Shown piece by piece: positions 20,082 to 28,606 of a DNA stretch of 64,000 nt. The notes under the pieces were generated by a model that ran no database searches, was not told where the DNA came from, and was given only the letters and a program-made list of their open reading frames with translations. Position 1 is the stretch's first letter; each line of letters starts with the position of its first letter. A program made the position numbers and the translations under genes. This DNA is from Candidatus Latescibacterota bacterium (GTDB lineage Bacteria; Latescibacterota; UBA2968; UBA8231): the NCBI GenBank assembly GCA_965219385.1, contig CBDCNM010000001.1, positions 298,631 through 362,630 of the forward strand, in the 5' to 3' direction.

Positions 20082-20098
20082 CGGACATTCCCTGTCCG
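20082..20098. promoter_or_regulatory. Putative WYL-regulator operator
   Basis: Inverted repeat CGGACA-ttccc-TGTCCG about 40 bp upstream of the WYL start. Confidence 0.5.
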
Positions 20099-20134
20099 CT
20101 TGGAGAATATCTTTATCCCGTGGAGGATTGAGCT

Positions 20135-21112
20135 ATGCCCATAACCGATGCAATCCACAAGGCGGACCGGCTCGAAGAGATCAAAGTACTGTTCCTGCGC
20201 CGGCCCGAAGGCATGGGGACCAAGGAAATCGCAAGGCTGTTGCGCGTGAGTCAGCGGACGGCCCGGCGCTACGTGCTGGAGTTGTCGGAGAAAGGGCGGC
20301 TGCCGGTGTACCGGGAGGGCCGGGTCTGGAAGCTGGTGGAGGGCGGGCAAATCGACCTGCGTCGTATCCAGTTGAACCTAGACGAGGCCCTCGCGCTTTA
20401 TTTGGCGGCGCGGATGCTGTCGGCCTATAGCGACAAGCACAATCCGCACGTGGTCGCGTCCCTGCTCAAGCTGGCCTCGGCCTTGCCGGAGGCCATTGGG
20501 GCGCACATTGAGCGCACGGCAGAGGCGGTTTCGCAAAGGCGGCTGGCGCCGGAGTATCTGAAAGTCTTGGAAGGTCTGACCCGGGCCTGGGCCGGCCGGC
20601 GGCAGGTGCGGCTCAGCTATCGCGATCCCGTCTCCGGGGAGCGCTCGGAGCGCCGGTTCGATCCCTTTTTCATCGAGCCGTCCTTTGTGGGCTATGCCTG
20701 CTATGTGCTCGGTTTCGATCACTTTCGCTAGGCGATCCGCATCTTCAAGGTCGAGCGCTTGGAGCGGGTCGAGGTGCTGGACTCCAGCTACGAGATGCCG
20801 CCGGATTTTGACCCCTACGACTACCTGAAGTACGCCTGGGGGATCATGGGCGGCGACGAGGTGGTGGAGGTGAAATTGCGGTTTTCCGAGAAGGTGGCCT
20901 ATCGGGTGCGGGAATCGGACTGGCCGGGCGTGGTGGCCCGGGAGGAAGGCAAAGACGGGCGGTGTACGCTGACTTTTTCGGTCAACCACGTTTTGGAAAT
21001 GAAGCCCTGGATCAGAGGATGGGGGCCGGATTGCGAGGTGCTGGCCCCGGAGGGCTTGCGGGCGGAAATTGCCGCAGAGATGAAGGCGGCAGGGGCGGTG
21101 TATGAAGGATGA
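20135..21112 (+). pseudogene. HTH-WYL-WCX transcriptional regulator with one in-frame TAG at 20729-20731
   Basis: HTH (TKEIARLLRVSQRTARRY); WYL region YACYVLGFDHFR*AIRIFKVERLE continues in frame into a WCX-like region (EMKPWIRGWGPDCEVLAPEGLR). Confidence 0.85.
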
Positions 21113-21114
21113 GA

Positions 21115-21222
21115 GTGCTCGGATGGAAAATCGCACGCAGGTACGGCAACCTTTGCACGATTTTTCGTGTATTAGGACGAGATTGGATGCTCGGATAGAA
21201 AATTACACGCAGGTACGGCAAC
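21115..21222. repeat. Two 36-bp imperfect direct repeats separated by 36 bp
   Basis: GTGCTCGGATGGAAAATCGCACGCAGGTACGGCAAC (21115) and ATGCTCGGATAGAAAATTACACGCAGGTACGGCAAC (21187). Confidence 0.8.
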
Positions 21223-21294
21223 GCCTTGCATGGTGAACAAAATTTCACTATTTTAATATGGCAGCGGCGGAACCAACTCAGAAGGCGAACCTCA

Positions 21295-21677
21295 ATGGGC
21301 GCGATCTATGTTGACGTAACCACCCGCAATCCCGCGGATCTGCAGCGAAGCTGGACCGGCACATTCCTGGTCGATACCGGCGTGTTCGACTCGCTCGTGC
21401 CGAGGGCGCGCCTCGAAGCGATCGGACTCGAACCGAGGGGCCGCCGCGAGTACCGGACGGAAAGCCCATCGCCCTGGACATGACCATCGCCGAGATCGAG
21501 TTCGAGGGAGAAGTCGTCGGTGGGACCATCGTATACGGGGATGAAGGCGCGGAGCCTTCGCTTGGCACTACGGCATTGGACTCTGGCGGATGCGAGATCG
21601 ACCCGCACAACGAAGAACTGAAGCGGCTGTCGGCCGTTCTGTTGAAGGCATGCGGCTGTGAGCGGAACAGTGTCTAA
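21295..21677 (+). pseudogene. Frameshifted clan AA (retropepsin-like) aspartic protease
   Basis: FLVDTGVFDSLVP in one frame; C-terminal part (IAEIEFEG...EPSLGTTAL...IDP) in another; break near 21455. Confidence 0.7.
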
Positions 21678-21724
21678 CGCCTTCACTTACGTCGGGGAGC
21701 TAGCAGACTTTTAGTGGTCAATTT

Positions 21725-23986
21725 ATGAACTATTACGCCCACACAGCCGAAACGGCTACTGGAGAATGCGATACGAATAAATCGCGTTGGCAATTGCTTT
21801 CCACCCACCTGTGCAATGTCGCGGAACGGGCCGAACAATTCGCTGCTCCCTGCGGGTTGGCAGATGAAGCACGCCTTGCCGGTTTACTACATGACCTCGG
21901 AAAGTACGGGAAACGCTTCCAGCAGCGCCTTGAAAATCCTTCCATCCGCGGAATTAATCATTGGGTACAGGGTGCTTACGCCGCCTTTCTAAAGAGGAAT
22001 ATTCGTTTACCGTTCGCCATTGACGGGCACCACACAGGAATGCCTGCCTTCACATGTGATGAGTTCAAGCGCTCGCTAAAAAATTCGATGAAGGATTTTC
22101 ATGTGGGTAACGGTGTCGTGTTGGAAACCGGTCATGAAGAATCGGTGAATGAGTTGCTTGTTCGCGCCAAAAACGATGCCATTTCGCTTGGCTCATTTCT
22201 AGCGACGGATGAAATGTCGTTCGCCTCCGCACTACGAACGCGCATGTTGTTCAGTTGTCTGGTGGATGCGGATTTTCTGGACACGGAAAATCACTTCGAT
22301 TCCGAACGGGCCAAATCGCGGAGTGTTCCATCGCTTTCCGAGGAAGCGGCCTTCAAAATTGTCATGAAATTTCTCCACGGCCTTTCTACAGATGGGCAAG
22401 TCAACCAAGCACGACAACAACTACTGACGGACTGTCTTGCGGCGGCGGACAAACAACCCGGACTGTTTTCCCTTACCGCGCCGACCGGTAGCGGCAAGAC
22501 GCTCGCGTCGCTGGCCTTCGCGCTGAAGCACTGTTGTCGGCATAACGCCAGTTTGCCTGCCACCTCCCATGATCGCTTTCGGCGCGTCATCGTCGTCATT
22601 CCCTTTACCAGCATTATCGAACAGACCGCCAAAGTCTTTCGCGACCTCTTCAAACCGGTCTTTGGCCCAGACTACGTGCTCGAACACCACAGCGCCGTTG
22701 CATGGGGAGAATCAGGTTCCGACCTTGGCCGGGATGCGGAAGATGCCTGGATTCGCCGGGCACGTCTGGCGGCAGAAAATTGGGCGTCTCCCCTCGTCGT
22801 CACCACTTCCGTGCAGTTCTTTGAAAGCCTCTTCGCGCACAGACCGTCCCGCTGCCGTAAGCTCCACAATATCGCCCGCTCGGTGGTCATTTTCGATGAA
22901 GTTCAGACTCTGCCGACATGTTTGGTGCCTTCCCTCCTTTCGGCGGTGAACTGCCTCACCCACGATTACGGTGTTACGGCCGTCTTCTGCACCGCCACTC
23001 AGCCTGCGTTCGGAACTGCGGCGAAGGCGATTGATGACGGCTGGCATCCTCGGGAAATTTCAAGCCGACCTGATGCAATGGCTGAAACACTCAAGCGAAC
23101 CAACATTACCATCCGTTGCGACGAGGATTCCCCGGCTGACTGGCAGGAGCTTGCCAGCGAAATCAGCCAGCACAACTGCGTCCTTTGTGTCGTCAACACA
23201 CGTGCTCAAGCTGCCGAGCTGTTCCAATTACTGCCCGAGGCGGGACGCTTCCACCTTTCAGCGGCCATGTGTGCGGCGCATCGCTCGGATAAGCTCGCGG
23301 TCATTCGCCAACGGCTTGAAGAGGACAAAACCTGCCGGCTCATCTCGACCCAACTCATTGAAGCAGGAGTGGACGTGGATTTCCCCATCGCCTATCGCGC
23401 CCGCGGCCCGTTGGACTCCATCATCCAGACCGCTGGCCGCTGCAATCGCGAAGGCCACTTGCCCGACCCCGGTCCTGTTACCGTATTCACACCGCCTTTG
23501 GGCGGCATGCCGCGTGGTGCTTACAAAACCGCTACCCAGGAAACCGAATCGTTCCTCGCCGAATTCCCGGATGTGCCTCTGCACCAGCCGGAAACCTATC
23601 GCAGCTATTTCGCGCGACTTTACGCAACGCTCGGCCCCGATTCGGCAAATGATGATCCTGCCTACTCCGCCAGCAAGAATTTCGATTTTCCCGCTGCCGC
23701 CAAAGCCTGCCAACTGATCGGCGATGAGACGCGATCCGTCCTCGTACCATACGGCCATAGCAGAGAACTCATCGAAACCATCCGTCATCAACAGCATCTT
23801 ACCGCTGACCTTGCCCGCCGGTGCCAGCGTTTCACAATCAATCTTTACGAGTCGGAATTTCAGAAGTCCCGTAGCACTGGTGTCATAACTCCGCTGCTCA
23901 AGGACGAATCCATGTTTTTCTGGAGTTCCGGCTATGACGACCAACTTGGCATCTGCAATTACGAAGCTGAACATTTCGTTCTCTGA
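21725..23986 (+). CDS. cas3: CRISPR-associated HD nuclease/helicase Cas3
   Basis: YYAHT, LLHDLGK, SCLVDADFLDT; APTGSGKT, FDEVQ, TATQ, STQLIEAGVDVDF, QTAGRCNR. Confidence 0.96.
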   Translation: MNYYAHTAETATGECDTNKSRWQLLSTHLCNVAERAEQFAAPCGLADEARLAGLLHDLGKYGKRFQQRLENPSIRGINHWVQGAYAAFLKRNIRLPFAIDGHHTGMPAFTCDEFKRSLKNSMKDFHVGNGVVLETGHEESVNELLVRAKNDAISLGSFLATDEMSFASALRTRMLFSCLVDADFLDTENHFDSERAKSRSVPSLSEEAAFKIVMKFLHGLSTDGQVNQARQQLLTDCLAAADKQPGLFSLTAPTGSGKTLASLAFALKHCCRHNASLPATSHDRFRRVIVVIPFTSIIEQTAKVFRDLFKPVFGPDYVLEHHSAVAWGESGSDLGRDAEDAWIRRARLAAENWASPLVVTTSVQFFESLFAHRPSRCRKLHNIARSVVIFDEVQTLPTCLVPSLLSAVNCLTHDYGVTAVFCTATQPAFGTAAKAIDDGWHPREISSRPDAMAETLKRTNITIRCDEDSPADWQELASEISQHNCVLCVVNTRAQAAELFQLLPEAGRFHLSAAMCAAHRSDKLAVIRQRLEEDKTCRLISTQLIEAGVDVDFPIAYRARGPLDSIIQTAGRCNREGHLPDPGPVTVFTPPLGGMPRGAYKTATQETESFLAEFPDVPLHQPETYRSYFARLYATLGPDSANDDPAYSASKNFDFPAAAKACQLIGDETRSVLVPYGHSRELIETIRHQQHLTADLARRCQRFTINLYESEFQKSRSTGVITPLLKDESMFFWSSGYDDQLGICNYEAEHFVL

Positions 23987-23992
23987 CCATCT

Positions 23993-24031
23993 AAAAAAAT
24001 AGAAGCCAAACGACGTAAGTCATTTGGCTTC
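23993..24031 (-). terminator. Intrinsic terminator closing the antisense crRNA-like transcript
   Basis: Stem 24002-24010/24023-24031 (extended by gac/gtc) followed on the minus strand by TATTTTTTT. Confidence 0.7.
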
Positions 24032-24088
24032 AAATAGATACGAAACAATCAATGTTTCAATCCGCACCCAGACAGGTGATTTCGAGAC
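23993..24088 (-). ncRNA. Putative crRNA-like regulatory RNA: degenerate repeat + 22-nt guide + terminator
   Basis: Minus strand GTCTCGAAATCACCTGTCTGGGTGCGGATTGAAAC (24088-24054), guide ATTGATTGTTTCGTATCTATTT (24053-24032), then GAAGCCAAA/TTTGGCTTC hairpin and T-run; guide matches 24152-24170. Confidence 0.75.
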
Positions 24089-24118
24089 CTCAGAATAAGA
24101 AACTCTTACAGAGGGTCC

Positions 24119-24147
24119 TTGACAAGCGTTGTGGAAGCATTTATATT
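24119..24147 (+). promoter_or_regulatory. Near-consensus sigma70 promoter for the orphan ORF and cas5-cas8-cas7
   Basis: TTGACA (24119-24124)-N17-TATATT (24142-24147). Confidence 0.8.
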
Positions 24148-24195
24148 TGCTATTGAATGTTTTGTATCTAATAACCATTTCTAATATAGGATTGA

Positions 24196-24483
24196 ATGAC
24201 CATGAAAGCAACAAAAATACTCGATAGCATTCGGTACCATGTCTTTCCGCCTTTGGAACACTGGCGGGTAATAAAACGGCGTCCTAGAGTGCATCCCTAC
24301 GATGATATGCCACTATCAATTCCATCATTAGTATGGTTGCACCTCCTCGCGGACTCGCCGGAAGAAGCTGACAAAGCTGTTGCAATGGTCGTAGCATACG
24401 GAATAGCTGAATTCCAAAACCCGAATAGGGTGAACTCACAGCATGTCGCTGTCTTTAAAACCTTGCCCTTTTCCCTAAACTGA
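24196..24483 (+). CDS. Small orphan protein (93-95 aa) immediately upstream of cas5c
   Basis: Follows the promoter and an AGGA RBS; stop is 2 nt before the cas5 ATG; lower GC than the cas genes; no recognised motif. Confidence 0.5.
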   Translation: MTMKATKILDSIRYHVFPPLEHWRVIKRRPRVHPYDDMPLSIPSLVWLHLLADSPEEADKAVAMVVAYGIAEFQNPNRVNSQHVAVFKTLPFSLN

Positions 24484-24485
24484 TT

Positions 24486-25208
24486 ATGCACACTGAACGA
24501 ATCCATCTCCGTGTCTGGGGCGATCTGGCCTGTTTCACACGCCCGGAAATGAAAGTCGAACGGATGAGCTATCCCGTACCCACGCCCTCGGCTGCCCGGG
24601 GCATCCTCGAAGCGATTCTCTACAAGCCGCAATTCCGTTGGCACATCCACCGCATCGCCGTTCGCCTCCCCATCAAGTTCCTCAGTTTCCGCCGCAATGA
24701 AGTAAAATCCGTCGCCAACTCCCGCAAGCCCGAACCCATCTTGGCCGAGGATGATCGCACGCAACGCAACACGCTTGCCCTCCGCGACGTGGATTACGTC
24801 ATCGAAGCCAGCCTGGAACTCAACCGCTTGGCCAATCAGCCCCGTCAAAAGCCACTCGCTCCCGATGAACCCCAAGGCGACGATAATCTTAGTAAATACT
24901 ATGGGATGTTCCGACGCCGGGTCGAGAAGGGCCAATGCTTCACCCAGCCTTGTTTTGGTTGCCGTGAATTCCCCGCCAACTTCGAGTTGGCTCGGCCGAG
25001 CGACATGGCCGCGCCGCCCGACGCCAATGTGGACACAGATTTGGGACATATCCTCTACGATGTGTTCGATCTCGACATCCCGGCGGACTGGCAGCCCGGC
25101 AAGGTCGAAAAGCCGGAACCTGTCAGTAACTTTTTCCAAGCCCGTCTCGAAAACGGCATCGTCAATGTGCCCGACTGGCGTGACATTAAGGCCAGCCTTG
25201 AAGCCTGA
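24486..25208 (+). CDS. cas5c: Type I-C Cas5c (Cas5d)
   Basis: WGDLACFTRPEMKVERMSYPVPTPSAARGILEAI, RRNEV, GQCFTQPCFGCREF. Confidence 0.96.
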   Translation: MHTERIHLRVWGDLACFTRPEMKVERMSYPVPTPSAARGILEAILYKPQFRWHIHRIAVRLPIKFLSFRRNEVKSVANSRKPEPILAEDDRTQRNTLALRDVDYVIEASLELNRLANQPRQKPLAPDEPQGDDNLSKYYGMFRRRVEKGQCFTQPCFGCREFPANFELARPSDMAAPPDANVDTDLGHILYDVFDLDIPADWQPGKVEKPEPVSNFFQARLENGIVNVPDWRDIKASLEA

Positions 25209-25226
25209 ATCAACTGGGAAGAAACC

Positions 25227-26966
25227 ATGATGCTGCAAGCCCTCATCGAATACGCCGAACGCGAGGGGCTCGGCGATGCCGACTTTCACGAAGCGTCTGT
25301 CCGCTGGCTGGTCCCTTTGGACGCCGCCGGCAATCTCGCAGGCGGCCCCATCGAACTGCTGGACAAGCCTGATGCGAAAAAGCCCAAACCGCAAACGCTC
25401 ACCCGTCCGTTCATTGAACAAAAGGAACTCACAGTTGCTTCGCGCCCGCGTGCCTTCTTCCTTTGCGACACGCTGGAGCGTGCGGTCAACTATCCCGACC
25501 CCAAAAAGCCCGAACGAGCCGAACGGCGCGAAGGTTCCCACGCCTATTTCAAGCAATTGCTTGAGGCGGCCGTGGGGGAATGCCCCAACGACGGTCCAAT
25601 GGCCCAGGCGACTCTGGCCTTTCTGAACCAGCCGGACATGCTCGAAAAACTTCACGCATCACTGACGGAACAAAAAGCGAAGCCGAACGACAACATCACT
25701 TTCCGGATCTCCGGCCATAGGCTGCTTCAAGCGGAGGAACTCAAACAATTCTGGCGCAGACGCCGCGCCGCAGATCGGCCACAAGCTGCGGGCAGGAAAC
25801 GCCTCTGTCTGGCGACTGGCGAATTGACGGAGCCGGTTTTAACCACGGAGAAAATCAAGGGTGTACCCGGCGGCCTTGCCGTGGGAACCAACCTGATTTC
25901 GTTCGACAAGGCTTCGTTCACTTCTTTTGGTCTTCAGCAGGGTGAAAACGCCTCCATCTCCGCTGCCGCTGAGTTGAAAATTCGCAGCGCGTTGAACGAT
26001 CTCATCCAGCACGGCCTTTGGCAGAACGGAATCGTTCACCTTCACTGGACCCGCGAGAAGGATGACCCCGACCCGTTTGGCCTAGTTGAGACTGCCGACG
26101 AACAGGGTGTTCGCAACCTGCTTGAGGCACCACGCACCGGACAATCCCAACATGTGGACGCCCGGAAGTATTACGCCATGAGTCTCTCGGGCAACGGTGG
26201 TCGCATCATCGTCCGCGACTGGCTCGAATCCACTGTTCCCGAAGTTGAGCAGAACGTGCGGCAATGGTTTGAAGACCTCGCCATCGTTCGCCCGGAAGGC
26301 GATTTCGTCTCCACTGATTTCAAGCTCGGCTATCTCTTGCACGGTCTCGTTCGCGACAAACTCGACGAGTTGGCTCCACAGATTCCCACGCAGTTTTTGT
26401 ATGCCGCACTGCGCGACGCGCCCTTGCCTTTGCCGGCTTTGACCGCGGCGCTGCGGCGGCAGCAAATCGAAACCGACAACAAAACCAACCCGGCGCGCTT
26501 GGCCCTTATCAAGGCTTGCCTCCTGCGTCAGGATCGTTTCAATCAACCAAAGGGAAGGAACAACATGACCGAATCGTTAAATACTGAATCCACAGACCCC
26601 GCCTATCTCTGCGGGAGACTGTTCTCGGTCTTTGACCGTCTCCAATACCTCGCCCTCAGCGGTGTCAACGCCGGGGTTGTCGAGCGTTTCTATGCCAGTG
26701 CTAGCACCACGCCTGCCCTGGTGATGGGGCGACTCTTTCGCAACGCGCAATTCCACTTGGCCAAAGTCAGCGGTGGTGCGGCGGAAAACGTGCGCAAGGA
26801 CTTCGAAGTCATCAGCATCCAACTGGGCGACCATTTCCCGCCCAGCCTCGACCTCGAAGGGCAGGGCCGCTTCGCCCTCGGCTATTACCACCAAAAAGCC
26901 GAATACCGACGACTCGCCGCCGAGCGCAAGGAACAAGCCACCAACGCTGAACCCGCTACGGCATAA
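25227..26966 (+). CDS. cas8c: Type I-C Cas8c (Csd1)
   Basis: MMLQALIEYA start, LISFDKASFTSFG, LSGNGGRI, AYLCGRLF, QGRFALGYYHQK. Confidence 0.94.
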   Translation: MMLQALIEYAEREGLGDADFHEASVRWLVPLDAAGNLAGGPIELLDKPDAKKPKPQTLTRPFIEQKELTVASRPRAFFLCDTLERAVNYPDPKKPERAERREGSHAYFKQLLEAAVGECPNDGPMAQATLAFLNQPDMLEKLHASLTEQKAKPNDNITFRISGHRLLQAEELKQFWRRRRAADRPQAAGRKRLCLATGELTEPVLTTEKIKGVPGGLAVGTNLISFDKASFTSFGLQQGENASISAAAELKIRSALNDLIQHGLWQNGIVHLHWTREKDDPDPFGLVETADEQGVRNLLEAPRTGQSQHVDARKYYAMSLSGNGGRIIVRDWLESTVPEVEQNVRQWFEDLAIVRPEGDFVSTDFKLGYLLHGLVRDKLDELAPQIPTQFLYAALRDAPLPLPALTAALRRQQIETDNKTNPARLALIKACLLRQDRFNQPKGRNNMTESLNTESTDPAYLCGRLFSVFDRLQYLALSGVNAGVVERFYASASTTPALVMGRLFRNAQFHLAKVSGGAAENVRKDFEVISIQLGDHFPPSLDLEGQGRFALGYYHQKAEYRRLAAERKEQATNAEPATA

Positions 26967-27035
26967 CCATCAACCCAGTCTCAAATTGCGTCTCCTCTTC
27001 TTCAGTAAGAGGGACAAAAAGAAAGTGAAAGCACT

Positions 27036-27902
27036 ATGAATTCGATCCAAAGCCGATACGATTTCGTCTATCTCTTCGACTGCAAAGACGGCAACCCGAA
27101 CGGCGATCCCGATGCCGCCAACGCTCCACGTGTGGACCCGCAAGACATGCACGGTCTCGTGTCTGACGTGTGCCTGAAACGCAAAATCCGCAACTACGTT
27201 CTGGAAGCCAGCGGTGGCGCGGAACCGTTCGATATCTTCGTCCGCCAGGGCGCGATTCTGAATGAGTCCATCGCCCAAGCCCACAAAGATCTCGGCCACG
27301 AGATGGACGGCAAAGCCAAGAAGGCCACCCGCGACCAAGTCAAAGATGCCCGTGCCAAAATGTGCCATCGCTACTACGATGTAAGGACGTTCGGCGCGGT
27401 GATGTCCACCGGGACCAACGCCGGACAAGTGCGCGGCCCTGTGCAACTGAGCTTCAGCCGCAGCCTTGATCCCATCCTGCCAATGGACATTTCCATTACC
27501 CGCATGGCCGTCACCGAGGCTAAGGAACTCGACGCCCCGAACCAGACGATGGGCCGTAAAAACCTCATTCCCTACGGCCTGTACCGCTGCCACGGCTTCA
27601 TTTCCGCCAACCTCGCACACGACACTGGATTCAGCGACGACGACCTCAACCTTTTTTGGCAGGCGTTGCAGAATATGTTTGACCTTGACCGTTCCGCCTC
27701 GCGTGGTACCATGGCTCCGCAAAAGCTCATCGTTTTCAAACATCAATCCGCCCTCGGCAATGCGCCCGCACACAAGTTGTTCGAACGCATAACGGTTACC
27801 CGAAAGGAGTCCGTCCAGGCAGCCCGCCAATTCTCCGACTACGAAATTTCCACCAACTGGAATGATCTGCCCGAAAATGTGGAACTGGTCGAGATGCTGT
27901 GA
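27036..27902 (+). CDS. cas7c: Type I-C Cas7c (Csd2)
   Basis: GNPNGDPDAANAPR, SDVCLKRKIRNYV, DVRTFGAVM, VRGPVQ, TMGRK. Confidence 0.96.
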   Translation: MNSIQSRYDFVYLFDCKDGNPNGDPDAANAPRVDPQDMHGLVSDVCLKRKIRNYVLEASGGAEPFDIFVRQGAILNESIAQAHKDLGHEMDGKAKKATRDQVKDARAKMCHRYYDVRTFGAVMSTGTNAGQVRGPVQLSFSRSLDPILPMDISITRMAVTEAKELDAPNQTMGRKNLIPYGLYRCHGFISANLAHDTGFSDDDLNLFWQALQNMFDLDRSASRGTMAPQKLIVFKHQSALGNAPAHKLFERITVTRKESVQAARQFSDYEISTNWNDLPENVELVEML

Positions 27903-28540
27903 CTAACGCCGCTCCATTTCCCAATCTGCCCGATCCCATCCCCCTCTCGCTCCTCAACGACTACCTCTATTGCCAACGCCGGGCGGCATTGAAGGCGATT
28001 GAAGGGTGGCGCGGGACCAACGAGCACACCGTGGTCGGCGATGGTGTCCACGAGCAGGCCGACGTCTCCGGCTACGAAACCGTCAGGGGCGTGACTCTGT
28101 TGCGCGCCCTGCCCGTCTGGTCGGACCGGCTCGGGCTCAACGGCAAGTGCGACATCGTCGAGCGTCATCCCGACGGCTCGTTGATCCCGGTCGAGTTCAA
28201 AAAGGGCAAACGTCGCAAGTTCGACAACGACGACGCTCAGCTTTGCGCCCAAGCGTTGTGCCTCGAAGAGATGTTCGGGCGGGACATTCCCAAGGGGGCC
28301 ATCTTCCACGCTAAGAGTAAGCGCCGCCGAGAGGTGGAATTTACCGAAGATTTGCGCCGCCTCACCGAACAGGCCATCGAAGCCATGCACCGGCTGATCG
28401 AAGAGGAAGCGGTCCCCCAAGCCGTCCATAAGCCCCAATGTTCCGAGTGCTCGCTTTTTGACCATTGCCTTCCCGAAATCACCAGCGTTCCGCCTATGCT
28501 GGCGCGGGCCTATCGGGAAGTGTTCGATACCACCGCCTAG
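27899..28540 (+). CDS. cas4: Cas4 exonuclease
   Basis: YLYCQRR, GKCDIVE, PVEFKKG, QLCAQALCLEEM, CSECSLFDHC Fe-S cysteines. Confidence 0.95.
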   Translation: MTNAAPFPNLPDPIPLSLLNDYLYCQRRAALKAIEGWRGTNEHTVVGDGVHEQADVSGYETVRGVTLLRALPVWSDRLGLNGKCDIVERHPDGSLIPVEFKKGKRRKFDNDDAQLCAQALCLEEMFGRDIPKGAIFHAKSKRRREVEFTEDLRRLTEQAIEAMHRLIEEEAVPQAVHKPQCSECSLFDHCLPEITSVPPMLARAYREVFDTTA

Positions 28541-28568
28541 AGTCACCTAGCTCTCCGTGCCGAGCGAA

Positions 28569-28606
28569 GTCTCGCCTTGCTTCGGTAAGGGGGAACGGAT
28601 TGAAAC
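28569..28606 (+). CRISPR. Solitary degenerate CRISPR repeat abutting the cas1 start codon
   Basis: GTCTCGCCTTGCTTCGGTAAGGGGGAACGGATTGAAAC immediately followed by the cas1 ATG. Confidence 0.85.

Noticed and set aside
20729..20731. Genome-wide TAG recoding as an explanation for the WYL stop
   Set aside because: TAG ends intact genes here (leuS, cas4, cas2) and no pyrrolysine machinery is visible
24035..24170. Guide and target read as terminal inverted repeats of a MITE
   Set aside because: No target-site duplication seen; one arm starts exactly at the ATTGAAAC repeat end and mismatches fall at positions 6 and 12, favouring a guide-target relation (not fully excluded)
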